Shown here: positions 1-12,372 of the stretch, piece by piece
Position numbering within the stretch: position 1 is the first letter of the stretch
Layout of the letters: the number at the start of each line of letters is the position of its first letter
DNA from: Camelus dromedarius
Lineage: Eukaryota
Assembly: GCF_036321535.1 (NCBI RefSeq)
Contig: NC_087436.1
Location: 102,178,001 to 102,242,000, forward strand
Direction: 5' to 3'
Length of the DNA stretch: 64,000 nucleotides
The notes under the pieces: model-generated
Databases searched by the model: none
Seen by the model: the letters and a program-made list of their open reading frames with translations, nothing else
What the model was told of the DNA's origin: nothing
Translations under genes and position numbers: made by a program

Positions 1-199
1 GAGGAGAAACAGTTCAGATATATAGAACTCATAACCAGTGTTGACCATCCAATTATTAGACATAGGGGAAAGTTGCTTCTTATCATTGTTTGTTCAAAAT
101 GGAAGTTTTCTCATTTCAGTAAAATACTTGATAATGAAGCATCATCAATTATAATTACATCATATATCTTGTTTTAAAGTATAAAATGTGCACATACAT

Positions 200-420
200 T
201 TATCAAAATTTCTATGTTTTTCTATAAACATAAAAAATGACTGCCTATGGTCACATGTTTTATGCATTCCAACTATGAATACTCAAAAAATACATTTCTA
301 TCAACAATGAAAGCAAAATAAGGCTGAAATGATTTCCACCATTTCTATAGAAAATTATACTACAGTTATTACCATAGGAAGGGAAAATCAAGGAGAACAA
401 AAGAAAAATTCAGTACAATA
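200..420. mobile_element. Old hAT-superfamily DNA transposon fragment
   Basis: 'caacaatgaaagcaaaataaggctgaaatgatttccaccatttctatagaaaattatac...aaaatcaagg' resembles the decayed 3' part (dimerisation domain) of eutherian hAT transposase fossils. Family uncertain. Confidence 0.35.
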
Positions 421-479
421 CTTTATAACATCTTTTTAGAGATATGGGAGAACATATTTTCACAATAACACAAGAACCA

Positions 480-2410
480 GATTTTATATAAAGGAAACAT
501 TCAGAAAATAAGAAACCGTAACTATGCATAAAATGGAAACTTCTGGAGATCTAAAACATGACAGCAGAAATATAAATGACAAAGGAGGATTTCTAAGATA
601 AGCTTGAGAAAAATCTTCAAGAATACAGAGCAAAAGACCCATATACATCATACAAGAGAAATGTTTTAAATATTTTAGTGTATTAAACCAGATTATCTAA
701 ATTTCCATTAACTTAAAAATAGAGAGCAGAGAAAATTAGAGAAGAAAAGTAGAAAAGAAATAATTTTAAAAAAATTCCCAGAATGGATAAACATAAATAT
801 CCATATTGAAAGGGTTAACCAAATGGTAATTATACAAAATGGAAAATGTCAATACAGGAAGTTACAGTTTAGGAAATTTCCAAACACCAGGGTTGAAAAT
901 AATAGCTTAGTGAAGAAAGAAAAACTTTTGGAGAGAGTCAGAGAAAAAAAATTTTTATAAAGGAGGCAGCATCAGAATGGCATTGGACTTTTGAGCAAGG
1001 CTAGACACTGCCTTTCAAAATCCTCAAGAGAAATTATTTCCAAGCTAAAATTCTATATCCAGACAATTTTTCAATCAATTTATTATCATGGGTTGATCAA
1101 AATTATTTTCACACAAGCAAATGTTCAAAAACAAAGTTCTATTAGAGTGTTCTTTCTCTCTTAGGAAGCTGTTGAAAAATGAAAGAAGAAAGGAAATTCT
1201 GGGACCCAGGGAAACAGTAGATCCAGCATGGGAAAAACATAAAGGAAATGGCCACGGTAATTATCATACGGCAGGTGTAAAAGGTGAACTGAGCTTGGGG
1301 CTGATCTGAGTTTAGAAGGTTTAGTAAGTGAAGAGTAATCATATTATATTATATATCTCAATGATAAATGTATCAGATTTCTATTGCTGCTGTAACACAT
1401 AACCACAAATTTACCAACTCAAGACAACACCCATTTATTATATCACAGTTCTGCAAATAGAGTGCTTGGACTAGGATGGGGTCCTAATAATCTGTTTAGG
1501 ATCTTTCTGGGCTCAAGTCAAGTTGTTGGCTTGTCTGAGCACTTAACCTGGAGGATGTTGGGGGAAATTAGCTTCCAGGTTCACTCTGGTTGTTGGTAGA
1601 ACTTAGTTCTCTGCTGGTCTTAAGACTGAGGTCCTTATTTCCTTGTTGGGCTTTTTATAGGTCCTCTTTTCGTCTTCTTGAGACCATCTGCATTCCTTGG
1701 CTCCTCATCCTCTTTTGGTCAAGCCAGTAATGGTGAGTTGAGTCCTTCTCACACTTTAAATTTCTCTGACCTTCACTTCTGTCTCATTTCTTCTGCCTTC
1801 CTTTCTGCTACATCTCTTTGAGTAAGCCTTCTGCCTTCCCCTTCTGATTTTAAAATATCATGTACTTACTTGCTGCTATCCAAATAATGCAGTATAATTT
1901 CCTTGCTTTTAAGGTCAGCTGATTAACAACTTTAATTTTTTGTCTGCAAAATCACTTCACAGCAGTAGCTAGATTAGTGTGTTATTGAATAACCAAAGGA
2001 AAGGAATCTTGGGGGAACATCTTTAGAATTGATTCTGCCAGCAACAAAGAATAGTTAGTTGAATCATCAGAATAATGTGAACACTGACTATTGATTTGAC
2101 TAAAGTTTTGTATGTAAAATTCTTGAGAGGAATATAGAGAGGAGTATTTTTGTATAAGTTTGTAATTTGGAGGGAAGGGAAGCATAGGAGACAAAGTATT
2201 TTTTAATAAGGAATATCTAAATTTGAGAATATTTGGAATAGAAGCAATTCATTCAGAAATGTGAAGATGACAAATTAGCTAAATGAGTTAAAAATGCATG
2301 CTTCTAAAGAGTGGGAATGGTGAGGTTAGGGAACAGGTACTACTTTTAATAATTATAAACCATATACAACTATTTTATTTTTGTAAATTATTTTACTTTG
2401 TAAATTAAAT
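480..2410 (+). mobile_element. HAL1 / old L1M ORF1-like element, split by an MLT1 LTR at ~1370-2042
   Basis: A-rich ORF1-like text 'atcagaatggcattggactt...ttcaaaatcctcaagagaaattatttccaagctaaaattctatatccag'. It resumes after the LTR with 'aataatgtgaacactgactattgatttgac', typical of HAL1. Confidence 0.6.
1369..2042 (-). mobile_element. MaLR solo LTR, MLT1E-like
   Basis: Starts 'tgtatcagatttctattgctgctgtaacacataaccacaaattt' and ends 'gaatcttgggggaacatctttagaattgattctgccagca', the reverse complement of MLT1 LTR termini. Confidence 0.75.
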
Positions 2411-4012
2411 TATTTTAAGAGAAATTAGAACAAAAAGCACAAGATACATTAGAAATTGTGTCAATTCTTTCTTAAGTTACTGACCCATCCTTTTAAAGCA
2501 TATGTGGGTTTCACTTAAAAGATTATGGGCTATGTGTTGTCTCTTCACAGATACACATTTTGCTCATGAACATTGGTATACATTGGTAAAAATGGGTGAT
2601 GGGGGCTGAGTTTGTATGTGTACAAAATTAACATGCTCAGATAAAGACTAATTGTGATCTCATTAACTTTCTTATAAATGAGCTATAATCTAAATTGATT
2701 GTCTGAGTTTGAGAGCAATAAACTGATGAACCAAAGTGATATATTTGACTAGTTTACTTAAATAATACACTTCATTTAAAATATGTTTTAAAAAGACATT
2801 TTCCACTAATTGACCAAAAGTTTAAGTCCTAGAACCAATTACTATTTTGTAAGTGTTAATGGCCACTATCGCTACATGATAAGGAGGCCATGTCTCTCAA
2901 GGGAAATAAAACCCAGTCCAGGCTCTATCATGAAACTCCTTTGTAATTCTGTACATCATTTTGTAAGAGTAGATGATTGTTATGGTACCTTTCCTAGAGT
3001 GAAAACTTTTTAGTATAAATCTGCTAATTAGGAAGGCACAACTTCTTGAGCATAACAGTAAATATTTTTTGAAAATGATTATTTTATAAGGAAAACATAG
3101 AAATGATAATTTACCAAGTTTATACAACAGCAAAAAAGATTAAATATATTTGAAAAGCATTGCTTTGCAGAAATGTTTATGTGTACTTTATATCTTTTAT
3201 TTTTTAATTTTCAAAATTCATCAAAGAATTACATATGCTTTCTTACTGACAGTTAAAGCAAGCCAATCCATTCTAGAATTATCTGTGGTATCATATAACT
3301 AATATTCATGATTCCAAGCAAAATTTAAATTACTAGAGAATCAAGAAATTTCTTCAGGTAAATTTCTGCAGCAAATATTTAATGTTTAAAAATGAGCCAT
3401 TAGTCATATTTAGTAAAAGAAAACAGATGCAGTAATTAATTACGTTTTTAATGGGATTGAAAGAGTAACATATAATGTAGATGAGTTCCATTGTTTGGTA
3501 TCTCAGTAATATAGAAACTATGAAAACTTCACACTAAGCATTAATCATTCATGGGACAATTAATTTTAATTAAGGCAAGTGCAGAATCCCATATGGTTTT
3601 AGACATCACCTATTCATTAATGCAAACAGTCTGAGAGGACCCATTTGGAACGTTTTGGTTGATAGCGATGGTGGACAGACCTGGAGACACCTGGTTATAC
3701 ATCCTCTAATTTTTATCCTGCTGTGCATCACTGGGCAAGAATCCATGTTTAACAGTCTTTGGCATGATGGTGTGTGTGAGAGGAATTTATTGTGCCAATT
3801 ATTTCTTTGAAAATTCATATCACACACTAATTAATTTTTTGAAAATAGAATATGCTCACTTCACACATCTTCTTTATGTGCTCTCCTGGCATTGTTTTGA
3901 ATATATATATATATATATATTCTTTTCCATTCATCCACAGGCATACATATATACATAAACACATTTATGTTAGTATCTAATACCAGTATCTCTTTTTTTG
4001 TACATGCAATTC

Positions 4013-4522
4013 TGTGCGTATGTTATTTATTGCTGCATGACAAATTACCACCAAAACCTAGAGGCTTAATCCAAGTATACTATGTATTATGTCACAAATT
4101 TTATGTAGGTCAGGAATTTAGGGTCAGCATAAGTGATTAGTCCTTGTTGGGAGATCTATCATGAGGTTGACGCTAAGATGCCAGGTGGGGCTGAAGTCTT
4201 AACTGTGGCTGGGGGACCTTCTAAATGGCTCATTCATAAGGTTGCTAGTAAGGCTTCCATTTCTTACTGGAAGTTACCAAGAGGCCTCACAACTTTGCCA
4301 TGCAGATCTACCTTTAGGGCTGCTTTAGTGGCCTCACAACACGGCAGCTAGTTTTTCCTGGAGCAAGTGATTGCCAAAAGCAAGGTGAAATGTCTCATGA
4401 CCTAGCATTGCCATATTCACAGTGGCTTATTGACACATTTATTCAGTGTTGTAGGGGATTGTACGAGGCATGAATACCAGCAGTTGAGAATCACTGAGGC
4501 CATCTTGGAGGCTGACTACCAC
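4013..4522 (-). mobile_element. MaLR solo LTR, MLT1F-like
   Basis: 'ttattgctgcatgacaaattaccaccaaaacctagaggcttaa' ... 'ggccatcttggaggctgactaccaca'. Confidence 0.75.
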
Positions 4523-5985
4523 AATGCGAACTGTATAGACTTAGAGTGAGATCTTTAAGCCTACAAGCCAAGCATTATTCCTCTTTACCTCAACATGTAT
4601 CACCAAATTATATCATATAAATGAGGAGCTTTTAATAGTAAATAAATTAATCTCAGTTTTTATGCAAACCCCTTGATTCTATAAATTAATAACAAAATTA
4701 ACTATCTCAATGTCAAACATAAGAACCGTGTTAAATTGGATGCATTTTAAATGGTTATTTTGCAAAAGGTGTTGGATTTAGGCTATACTAACTTAAAATG
4801 CATTGTTTTATTAATATTTCTGTTAATGTTTTGAGGTATTGGTTAGTTATCAAGGGCCTTTTGTCTGAAAAATGCGAAAGACCATCAACTTAAAATAGCT
4901 AAACTCTTCTACAGAATAAAAACATTGGAGAAATGTTTTCTGATTTGTGGAGGTAAGGTTAAAAGCACTTTAATACTAATCAATAGCTTTTTTCTTAGTA
5001 AGTCATGTCTTAATAGACTTTATGCCAGCTTATCCTGCATATCAGTGAGTACTGTTAGCACTGCTTTGATGATATTACTTGGGATTTTATTATTTCTGAG
5101 AGCTGAAAAATTAACTCAAATTTCATAAATGTCATTTTTAGTATTAGAGGTAGAAAGTATTACTTTTGAACATTAATTTCCTTTGTCTCCTGTCTAAGGT
5201 TATCATTTTATATTGAAAGAAAATAATGCAAAAATAATTGAAAGACTGTTAAAAATTTTTTTTAAAGCACAAAATATAGTAGCCATTTTTGGTGAATGTT
5301 TTTATCCCATTTGGTTAGGTTTACTTCTTTCGAATTCTTATATGAAAATGTACTAATTCTAAAAAAAAAAAACACACACACACACACAAAAGTTTAAAAT
5401 TATATAAATAGCAGAATTTATGGATTGATTGTAGTAACCAAATTATTTTGTCTGGATGACTTAAGTGAATTTTGATGGGATTAATTAGAATAGTTAAGGG
5501 AAGGATAAACTTTACTTAAAAACAAAAACTACTTTATTTGCCTCCTAATTTTGATCATCATTTTGTAATTTAAGTATCTCCTTTTTTTGCCTTAAAAATG
5601 GTTATTTTGGGGAAAGTGAGTCTTCCATTAATTTAGAACACATTTACTAACATTTTTCATTACCCGAGAAATGTGTGACTTTGTTACCATAAATTTACTC
5701 TTTAATTGGTATAACAGACTCTCAAGAGTCAAGGTTCATCTTTTTTATATCAAATTGTAATGTTTATATACATGAATAGCACTTAGCACTAATACAAGAA
5801 TGTTTATCCTGACTTTTTTTCCCTCAATATAGCATTATAGGATATAATAGTCTGGAGAAAAAAACAATCCATTTATTTGAGTATCCTGGTTAATTGGATT
5901 CTGATTAAAATGGGTTTTTTAAAATTATTTTTAATAACTTTAATACTAATGGTCAGAAAATAATAGTCAAAATATTGGTAGACAT

Positions 5986-6380
5986 TGTGTTAGTACTCAA
6001 TTGCTGTATAAAAAATTAACACAGAACCTAGAGGCTTAAAAAATTATGATCTCCAAGTTTCTGTAGGTTGAGAACTTGGTCATTGAAAATTTGGCTCTTG
6101 TGGCTCAGTATCTCTCATGAGACTGTAATCAAGTTGTCAGCTGGGGCTGCAATCATCACAAGGCTCAACTTGGGAAGGATCCACATCTCATGTAGTCCAC
6201 ATGGATTTAGCAGGATTCAAGATTCCTCACAGGTTGTTGAACTGAGGACCTTCGACCCTCTGGGCAAAAGCTGTCTATAGTTCCTTGCAACATGGGACTC
6301 TCCATGGGATGGCTCACAATGTTTCAGCTGGCTTTAGCGCACTGAAGTGAGAAGAAACAGAGAGAGAGAGTAACAGATAT
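5986..6380 (-). mobile_element. MaLR LTR fragment (MLT1E/F-like)
   Basis: 'tgtgttagtactcaattgctgtataaaaaattaacacagaacctagaggcttaaaa...tcaagttgtcagctggggctgcaatcatc'. Confidence 0.65.
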
Positions 6381-6389
6381 TTGGAAGTA

Positions 6390-6716
6390 AGTAATCCAAA
6401 GAAGCAGGTCCTGTGGAAGAATATTTTCTCACCAAAATTAGCAGCAGGTGTGGCAAGACTCGGTTTTCTAAGGCACTGACATCGAGCAAGACGCAAATCT
6501 TGTGTTTGGAGGTAGGGCTGATGTCAGTAGAGTCCTCACCAGAACATTCTGAAGGATGATGTTGGCTGTTATTTCTGACAGTGTAGTTCTTTACCAGGGT
6601 TTTTAGGTATACCAACAATGACATAAACTCAGCAAAATCCATTTAATGAATTCCACTTCTGCTGAAATTATCCAGAGCCAGGTTCTGTTGCTGGAAGCTC
6701 AGTGCTCTGATGAATA
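6390..6716 (+). mobile_element. Old ERVL/MaLR-class LTR fragment
   Basis: 3' end 'ttccacttctgctgaaattatccagagccaggttctgttgctggaagctcagtgctctgatgaataa' resembles class III LTR ends. Confidence 0.4.
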
Positions 6717-6879
6717 AATGTATTTTCCTCATGCATCATCTATAATTTCTCCAATAAACAAGAGTTTTAACATAATATGACTGTTAAAAACTAAGTCAGA
6801 AAGTCTGATTTTTTGACAACTAATACTAATTTCTGTATTACGTATTACTCTACAGATATGGAATTCATTTAAGTTATAC

Positions 6880-7130
6880 CTAATAGTTAAAATTTATTGT
6901 GTAGTTTTTCTATGTGCTGAGCATTGTTTCATGTCTTTCACATAGATTATTTTATTTAATTCTCATGACTATTCTTTGAGGTATCTCATGTTCTTTTTTA
7001 AAATAAGAAAATTCAAATGCTGAAAGGTTAAATAACCTCCCCAAAGTAATACAGCTAACAAGTAGTAAAACTAGGATTCATATCTACATGGTCAAAACCC
7101 CTGTGCCCTTGCTCTTGATACAATAGTATT
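6880..7130 (-). mobile_element. MIR SINE
   Basis: 'tatgtgctgagcattgtt...tttaattctcatgac...aagaaaattcaaatgctgaaaggttaaataacctccccaaagtaatacagcta' is the MIR core in antisense. Confidence 0.7.
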
Positions 7131-7179
7131 ATGCTTTTTTCCAAAGACCTAATTAAACAGTAAAAATATGTCACTATTC

Positions 7180-7900
7180 AAAGTGAGTTAAATGTATGAC
7201 ATAAAGTCCAAAAGGAAAGATAATTATTCATTGGACTAAAGTAAGAACTTCTATTCATCAGAAGTTACTATGAAGAGTGAAAAAGGCAAGTTCTAGGGTG
7301 GCAGAAGTTATTTACAATGAATGTTTTTGACAAAGACTCATATTTATAACAAAGAGCTTCCACAAATCAACAGCAATGACAATGATAATAATATCCAATA
7401 GATTATGACAGTGAATAAGAACAGGCACTTCACACAATGACACACAAATGTGAAATTAAAAGCTACTCAGCTTCATATTTCATCAGGAAAATGTAAATTA
7501 AAACACAATGGGATACTACTATTTACCCATTTTCTCAATAGCTAAAATGAAAATGATTGACACTATTTGTTAAATTTGGAATATCTGGAGTGCTTATGTA
7601 CTGCTGTTTGAGGTGTATATTTCCACATTCAAAAAGTCTTTGCCAGTATCCCTCAAAGCTGAACAAACACAAACCCTGTGACCTAGCAGTTAAACTACTA
7701 GCTATATAAATGGAGAAATACTTCCATGGCTTGGCCTGCAAAATACAAAATTGTTAATAACAGCCCTGTTTTTAATGATCAAAACAACGTAAATACTTAC
7801 GAGCAGTCAATAAGAGAAATGTTTTGTGATCTAGTCATGCAATTGTATACTGCATGGCAAAAGGAAGGCATAAATTATTGCTGTTAAAAATGAACATCTA
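7180..7900 (+). mobile_element. Old L1 (L1MC/L1ME-type) 3' ORF2/3'UTR fragment
   Basis: 'aagaacttctattcatcagaag...catcaggaaaatgtaaattaaaacacaatgggatactac...ccctgtgacctagcagttaaactactag'. Confidence 0.65.
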
Positions 7901-8516
7901 GAAAAGTACGCACTGTCAGAGTACAGTTTGCTGGAAAACTGGCACTGGATCAACCCTTAGAGTATACTGGCGCCTCTCCCTTACATCCTGTCCCAGTCAC
8001 TATCCCTCCAAAGGGCACCATATTTTTATTTCTTACACAGAATAGGGCCTCCTCTTTTTGAACTTTATATACATGCTGCTTTGCATTTTATTTTGTTGAT
8101 AAACATTACACTTGTGAGATTCTTTTACAGAGACTTTCTGGGTCTTGTGGGGTTTTCTAAGATAAGTAAAGGAACAGAAATCATGGAGAATCAATTGCTC
8201 AATTATATCAACATGAATGAAAATATGTATAAAATTACCATTATTAAGACAAGTGGATAAGTAATTTACATCATGTATAACACATAAAATATTAATATTG
8301 CAAATATATAAAACTGTCTATGAAAGATAAACTCTTAATCAAAATATAAGCAAATAATTTTAGCTGGTTGTACACAGAATCTATTTAGCTAAAACACATC
8401 ATAATAATTTTCCTTTGCTGTATAACAAAGTATCAAAAACTTAGCAACTGAAAACAAACCTTTATTATTTTCCCTCTATCCTAAACATGTTCATTTAAAA
8501 TAAAAACCCATATACC

Positions 8517-10200
8517 TGGAGTGATGTCAGCAAGACTGTAAAACAGGAAGCCTCAGACACCATTCCCCCATGGAAGCATTGATTCAACAACAATATAAGG
8601 TCCACAAAACCTTTCTGAGAACTCTAGAAGCAATTAGGAAGATGCAGTGACCCAGGCAAGCTCAAAGCCAAGGATAATGGCATGGGAATAAGTAAGAAAA
8701 CTGTTTTATTTCAACTATGTCATTTTGCTCACCAAGTTGGCTGAGCCCACTGTTAGGATGAGAAGCCCAACTTGTGGTCTCTTCCATGGGGGAGAAAAAG
8801 AAGAGTGGAACAGCCATGCAACATTCTGACTCTGCAGTGGCCCCCTTGAGGGATTTGCTTCGGTTTCACTTGACTCCTAATGGTAATGGGAAACCACATT
8901 CTTTGGATACCTGGGGGTGGCTGAGAAAAAAAGAACTCAGGTTTAAAGCAGCGCCAGAAAACCTGCAGTACTGCAGACAGACATCAAAGAAAGCAAGAGA
9001 CTACAAACTTAATAAAACTACTGGCAAATCTCTCTCAATGAGAAATTATATACATACACCTAGAAAAGACATAATTACAGGAAAGATTTGAGAGACCACA
9101 AGAACCTCTAGCCAGGCTGATTGGTGAAGGTTTTTCCTTGTATGAAGCCTGAAAAAAGACTGACAGTGTGGCTGTTTTTTTAAATGCACAAATCACAACA
9201 AAGTATTGTAAGGCATACAAAGAAATAAGAAAATGCGACCCGATTAAAGAAAAGCAAATCTCCAGAAACTGATCTTAAGGAAATAGAGGTCTACAAATCA
9301 TCTGACAAAGAATTCAAAATATTTGTTTTAAAGAATCATAATGCACTGTAAAACAGCACAGGTAGGCAACTAAATAAAGTCAGGAAAATGATCCATGAAC
9401 AAAATGAAAATATCAACAAAGAGGCAGAAACTGTACACAAGAAGCAGACAGAAATTCTGTAGCTTGAGAATTAGTAACTGACTTGAAAAAAATCACTAGA
9501 TGGATTCAATAATAGATTTGATCAAGAAGAAGAATCAGTGAACTCAAAGACAAGTCATTTGAAATTATTGACTTGCAGGGGAGAAAAAGAAAAAAATAGG
9601 AAAGAAAAGTGAGATCAACTAGAGGACCTATGAAACGCCATCAAAATGTATATATATATTCCCAGACAGAGAAGAGAGGAAAAGAGAGAGAGAGAGAAAA
9701 CTTATTTGAAGAAAGGAGTGGCTGAAAATGGCACAAATCTAAATCTGAAGGAGGAAATAGAAATCCAAGAAGCCGGAAGGACCTCACCTAGGATAAATTC
9801 AAGGAGGCCCACACTGAGACACATTGTCACAGAACTGCCAAATTGAACAACAAAAAGAGAAACTTGAAAGCAGCAAGAGAATAATGACTCCTCACGTACA
9901 AGGAAGCTCCCATAAGATTATCAGTGGTTATTTCAGTCAAAACATTACAGACCAGAAAAAAGTGGTATAAGATATTCAAAAGTGCTGAAAATAGAAAAAG
10001 AAGGAAAAAAACCAAACACCTGCTAAGAAAGAATACTACACCTAGAGAAAGGTGTTCTTCAAAACTGAAAGAAAAATAAAGACTTTCTCAGATAAACGAA
10101 AGCTGAGAGAGTTCCTTGCCACTAGCCTTGACTTACAAGAAATGCTAGCAGGTGTCTTTCAAGGTGAAACAAAAAGACGTTAGGCAGCAACATGAAAGCA
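8517..10200 (+). mobile_element. L1 5'UTR + ORF1 remnant, lacking ORF2 and 3' end
   Basis: L1 5' start 'ggagtgatgtcagcaagactgtaaaacaggaagcc'. ORF1 peptides include EIEIQEAGRTSPRINSRRPTLRHIVTEL (ORF 9646..9846), plus 'cccataagattatcagtggttatttcagtcaaaacattacagaccag'. Confidence 0.85.
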
Positions 10201-10540
10201 TATCCCATCCTCCGGCTGGATCTAATCTGGATTGTAATATTTTTAAGAACAATTGCTTTGCAATGTGCAAAAAATTGTTATTTTGTTTTCTGTAACAGGT
10301 AGCATGTAGTCTGCACTGATTATATGCTTCACAAACTTGAATGTAAATTTAGAACACTCTTGTAGCACAGTAATAATTATTGGGACTTCCCTGCATATAG
10401 GAAAAATGAGAATCAGAACAAAGTTGTCAAGGAGCCATATCAGTGGCAATTCATGTTTTGGCCAAGATTGACAACTTAAACAGATTAAAAAAAGAATAAA
10501 TGTGTCTTATGAAGAAAGGGCATTTTAAGAAACCATGGTG

Positions 10541-11163
10541 ATGGACATTTAGGTTGTTTCCATGTTTTGGCTATTGTAAATAGTGCTGCTATGAACATTG
10601 GGGTGACTGGATAAAGAAGATGTGGTATATTTATACAATGGAATACTACTCAGCCATAAAACCGACAACATAATGCCATTTGCAGCAACATGGATGCTCC
10701 TGGAGAATGTCATTCTAAGTGAAGTAAGCCAGAAAGAGAAAGAAAAATACCATATGAGATCGCTCATATGTGGAATCTAAAAAACAAAAACAAAAAAAAA
10801 AACAAACACAAACAAACAAACAAAAACAAAGCATAAATACAGGACAGAAATAGACTCACAGACAGAGAATACAGACTTGTGGTTGCCAGGGGGGTGGAGG
10901 GTGGGAAGGGATAGACTGGGATTTCAAAATTGTAGAATAGATAAACAAGATTACACTGTATAGCACAGGGAAATATACACAAAATGTTATGATAACTCAC
11001 AGAGAAAAAAATGTGACAATGAGTGTGTATATGTCCATGTATGACTGAAAAATTGTGCTGAACACTGGAATTTGACACAACATTGTAAAATGATTATAAA
11101 TCAATAAAAAATGTTAAAAAAAAATAAAGGATCAAACAGGCAGGCAAAAAAAAAAAAAGAAAA
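10541..11163 (+). mobile_element. Young lineage-specific L1 3' end with 5' inversion, poly(A) and 14-bp TSD
   Basis: TSD AAGAAACCATGGTG at 10527-10540 and 11164-11177, with TTTT immediately 5' of the left copy. Inverted ORF2-end piece at ~10541-10605, then sense ORF2 end and 3'UTR, AATAAA at 11103, and A-tails. Confidence 0.95.
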
Positions 11164-11689
11164 AAGAAACCATGGTGGCCTAAGTATGATTCTTAAATTT
11201 AAAAGTAGTATGTGTTTATTCTACTTTTTGTATTAAAGGTGCTAAAAGTAAGACAAAATTCTTGCCACAGTGGCACATACAATGAGTGGCAGGTGTAAAT
11301 ATATATACGTCTTACTGCCATATGGTCAAGGATGGCATGATAATAGAAGATTGCATAGTAAGGAAATGGAAACACAAAGGCTTTGAAAGGAAAGAAATGT
11401 GATCTAGGACTGAAAATATTCTAAATATTCTGCTAGGGAGGGGAAAAAATAAAGGCAGGGGAGTTTCGGACTCAGGAAATGGCAGGAAGTCTTTCCCCTT
11501 TTCAAAAAATGAAAATCAAAAGGGTGCCAGCGCCAGGCAATATCAACGACAAATATAATTGTGAAAATACCTGGGGCATGTATGTCGCTGGGCACTCATC
11601 AGTAGAAACAAAGTTGGAATGCTAATAAAGGACCAGATGAAGGCTAGGACTGAATGCACGAAAAGAGATGGGGCTTTATAGACCACTGA

Positions 11690-11950
11690 TACAAAAAATA
11701 TTTTACCCAAATTATTCTCAACAGTAAAACACAGAATCTCATAATAGCCCTAAAGCAGGAGGTAGTGAAGTATTAATGCCAATACATGGAAAAGGAAAGT
11801 TAAAACTCAGGAACCTTGGTGCTTTTTCACTTCTCTTATTGTTCCTTTTTTTTCCAGTTTTTAGATTTACCTACCAAGAGGTCCAGCTGATATCAAATTA
11901 TAGCCGAAACGTTAAATCCCTTGATTCTTGTGCTTTATGCAGACCTATAT
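11690..11950 (-). mobile_element. MIR SINE (degraded)
   Basis: 'aatctcataatagccctaaagcaggaggtagtgaagtattaatgccaatacatggaaaaggaaagttaaaactcagg'. Confidence 0.5.
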
Positions 11951-12237
11951 CTTCACACTTGAAACATAATATGAACCCACCCCATCTCACACTCTCTTCT
12001 TGATTCTTGTCTATTTGTAAAGAAAAGTAACCTGATGAATTCCATTCCAACTATTAGTGACATCTTTTTAGGCTGGTATTTTTACTTTAGAGCTCTTGTC
12101 TTTAAAACACAAATTTGTAACAGAAAGAACTACGGCTTTGATAGTAGAGATCCAGGCATTTTATCAAGAGATTTTATAGGGAAAGAGATCATTTTTAGAA
12201 TCCCTGAAATTATACTATTAAGAGATAATACTACTCA

Positions 12238-12372
12238 TTACATATATACATGTTTGTGTATGTCTATCTACAAACATGTATATATATACATGTGTGTATG
12301 TAGATATACACATATTAAAATTACACATATATATGTATGTTAACATTATATTATATGTGTACATATGTGTGT
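12238..12372. repeat. Degenerate (TA/TG/CA)n low-complexity tract
   Basis: Directly visible alternating purine-pyrimidine run. Confidence 0.8.
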
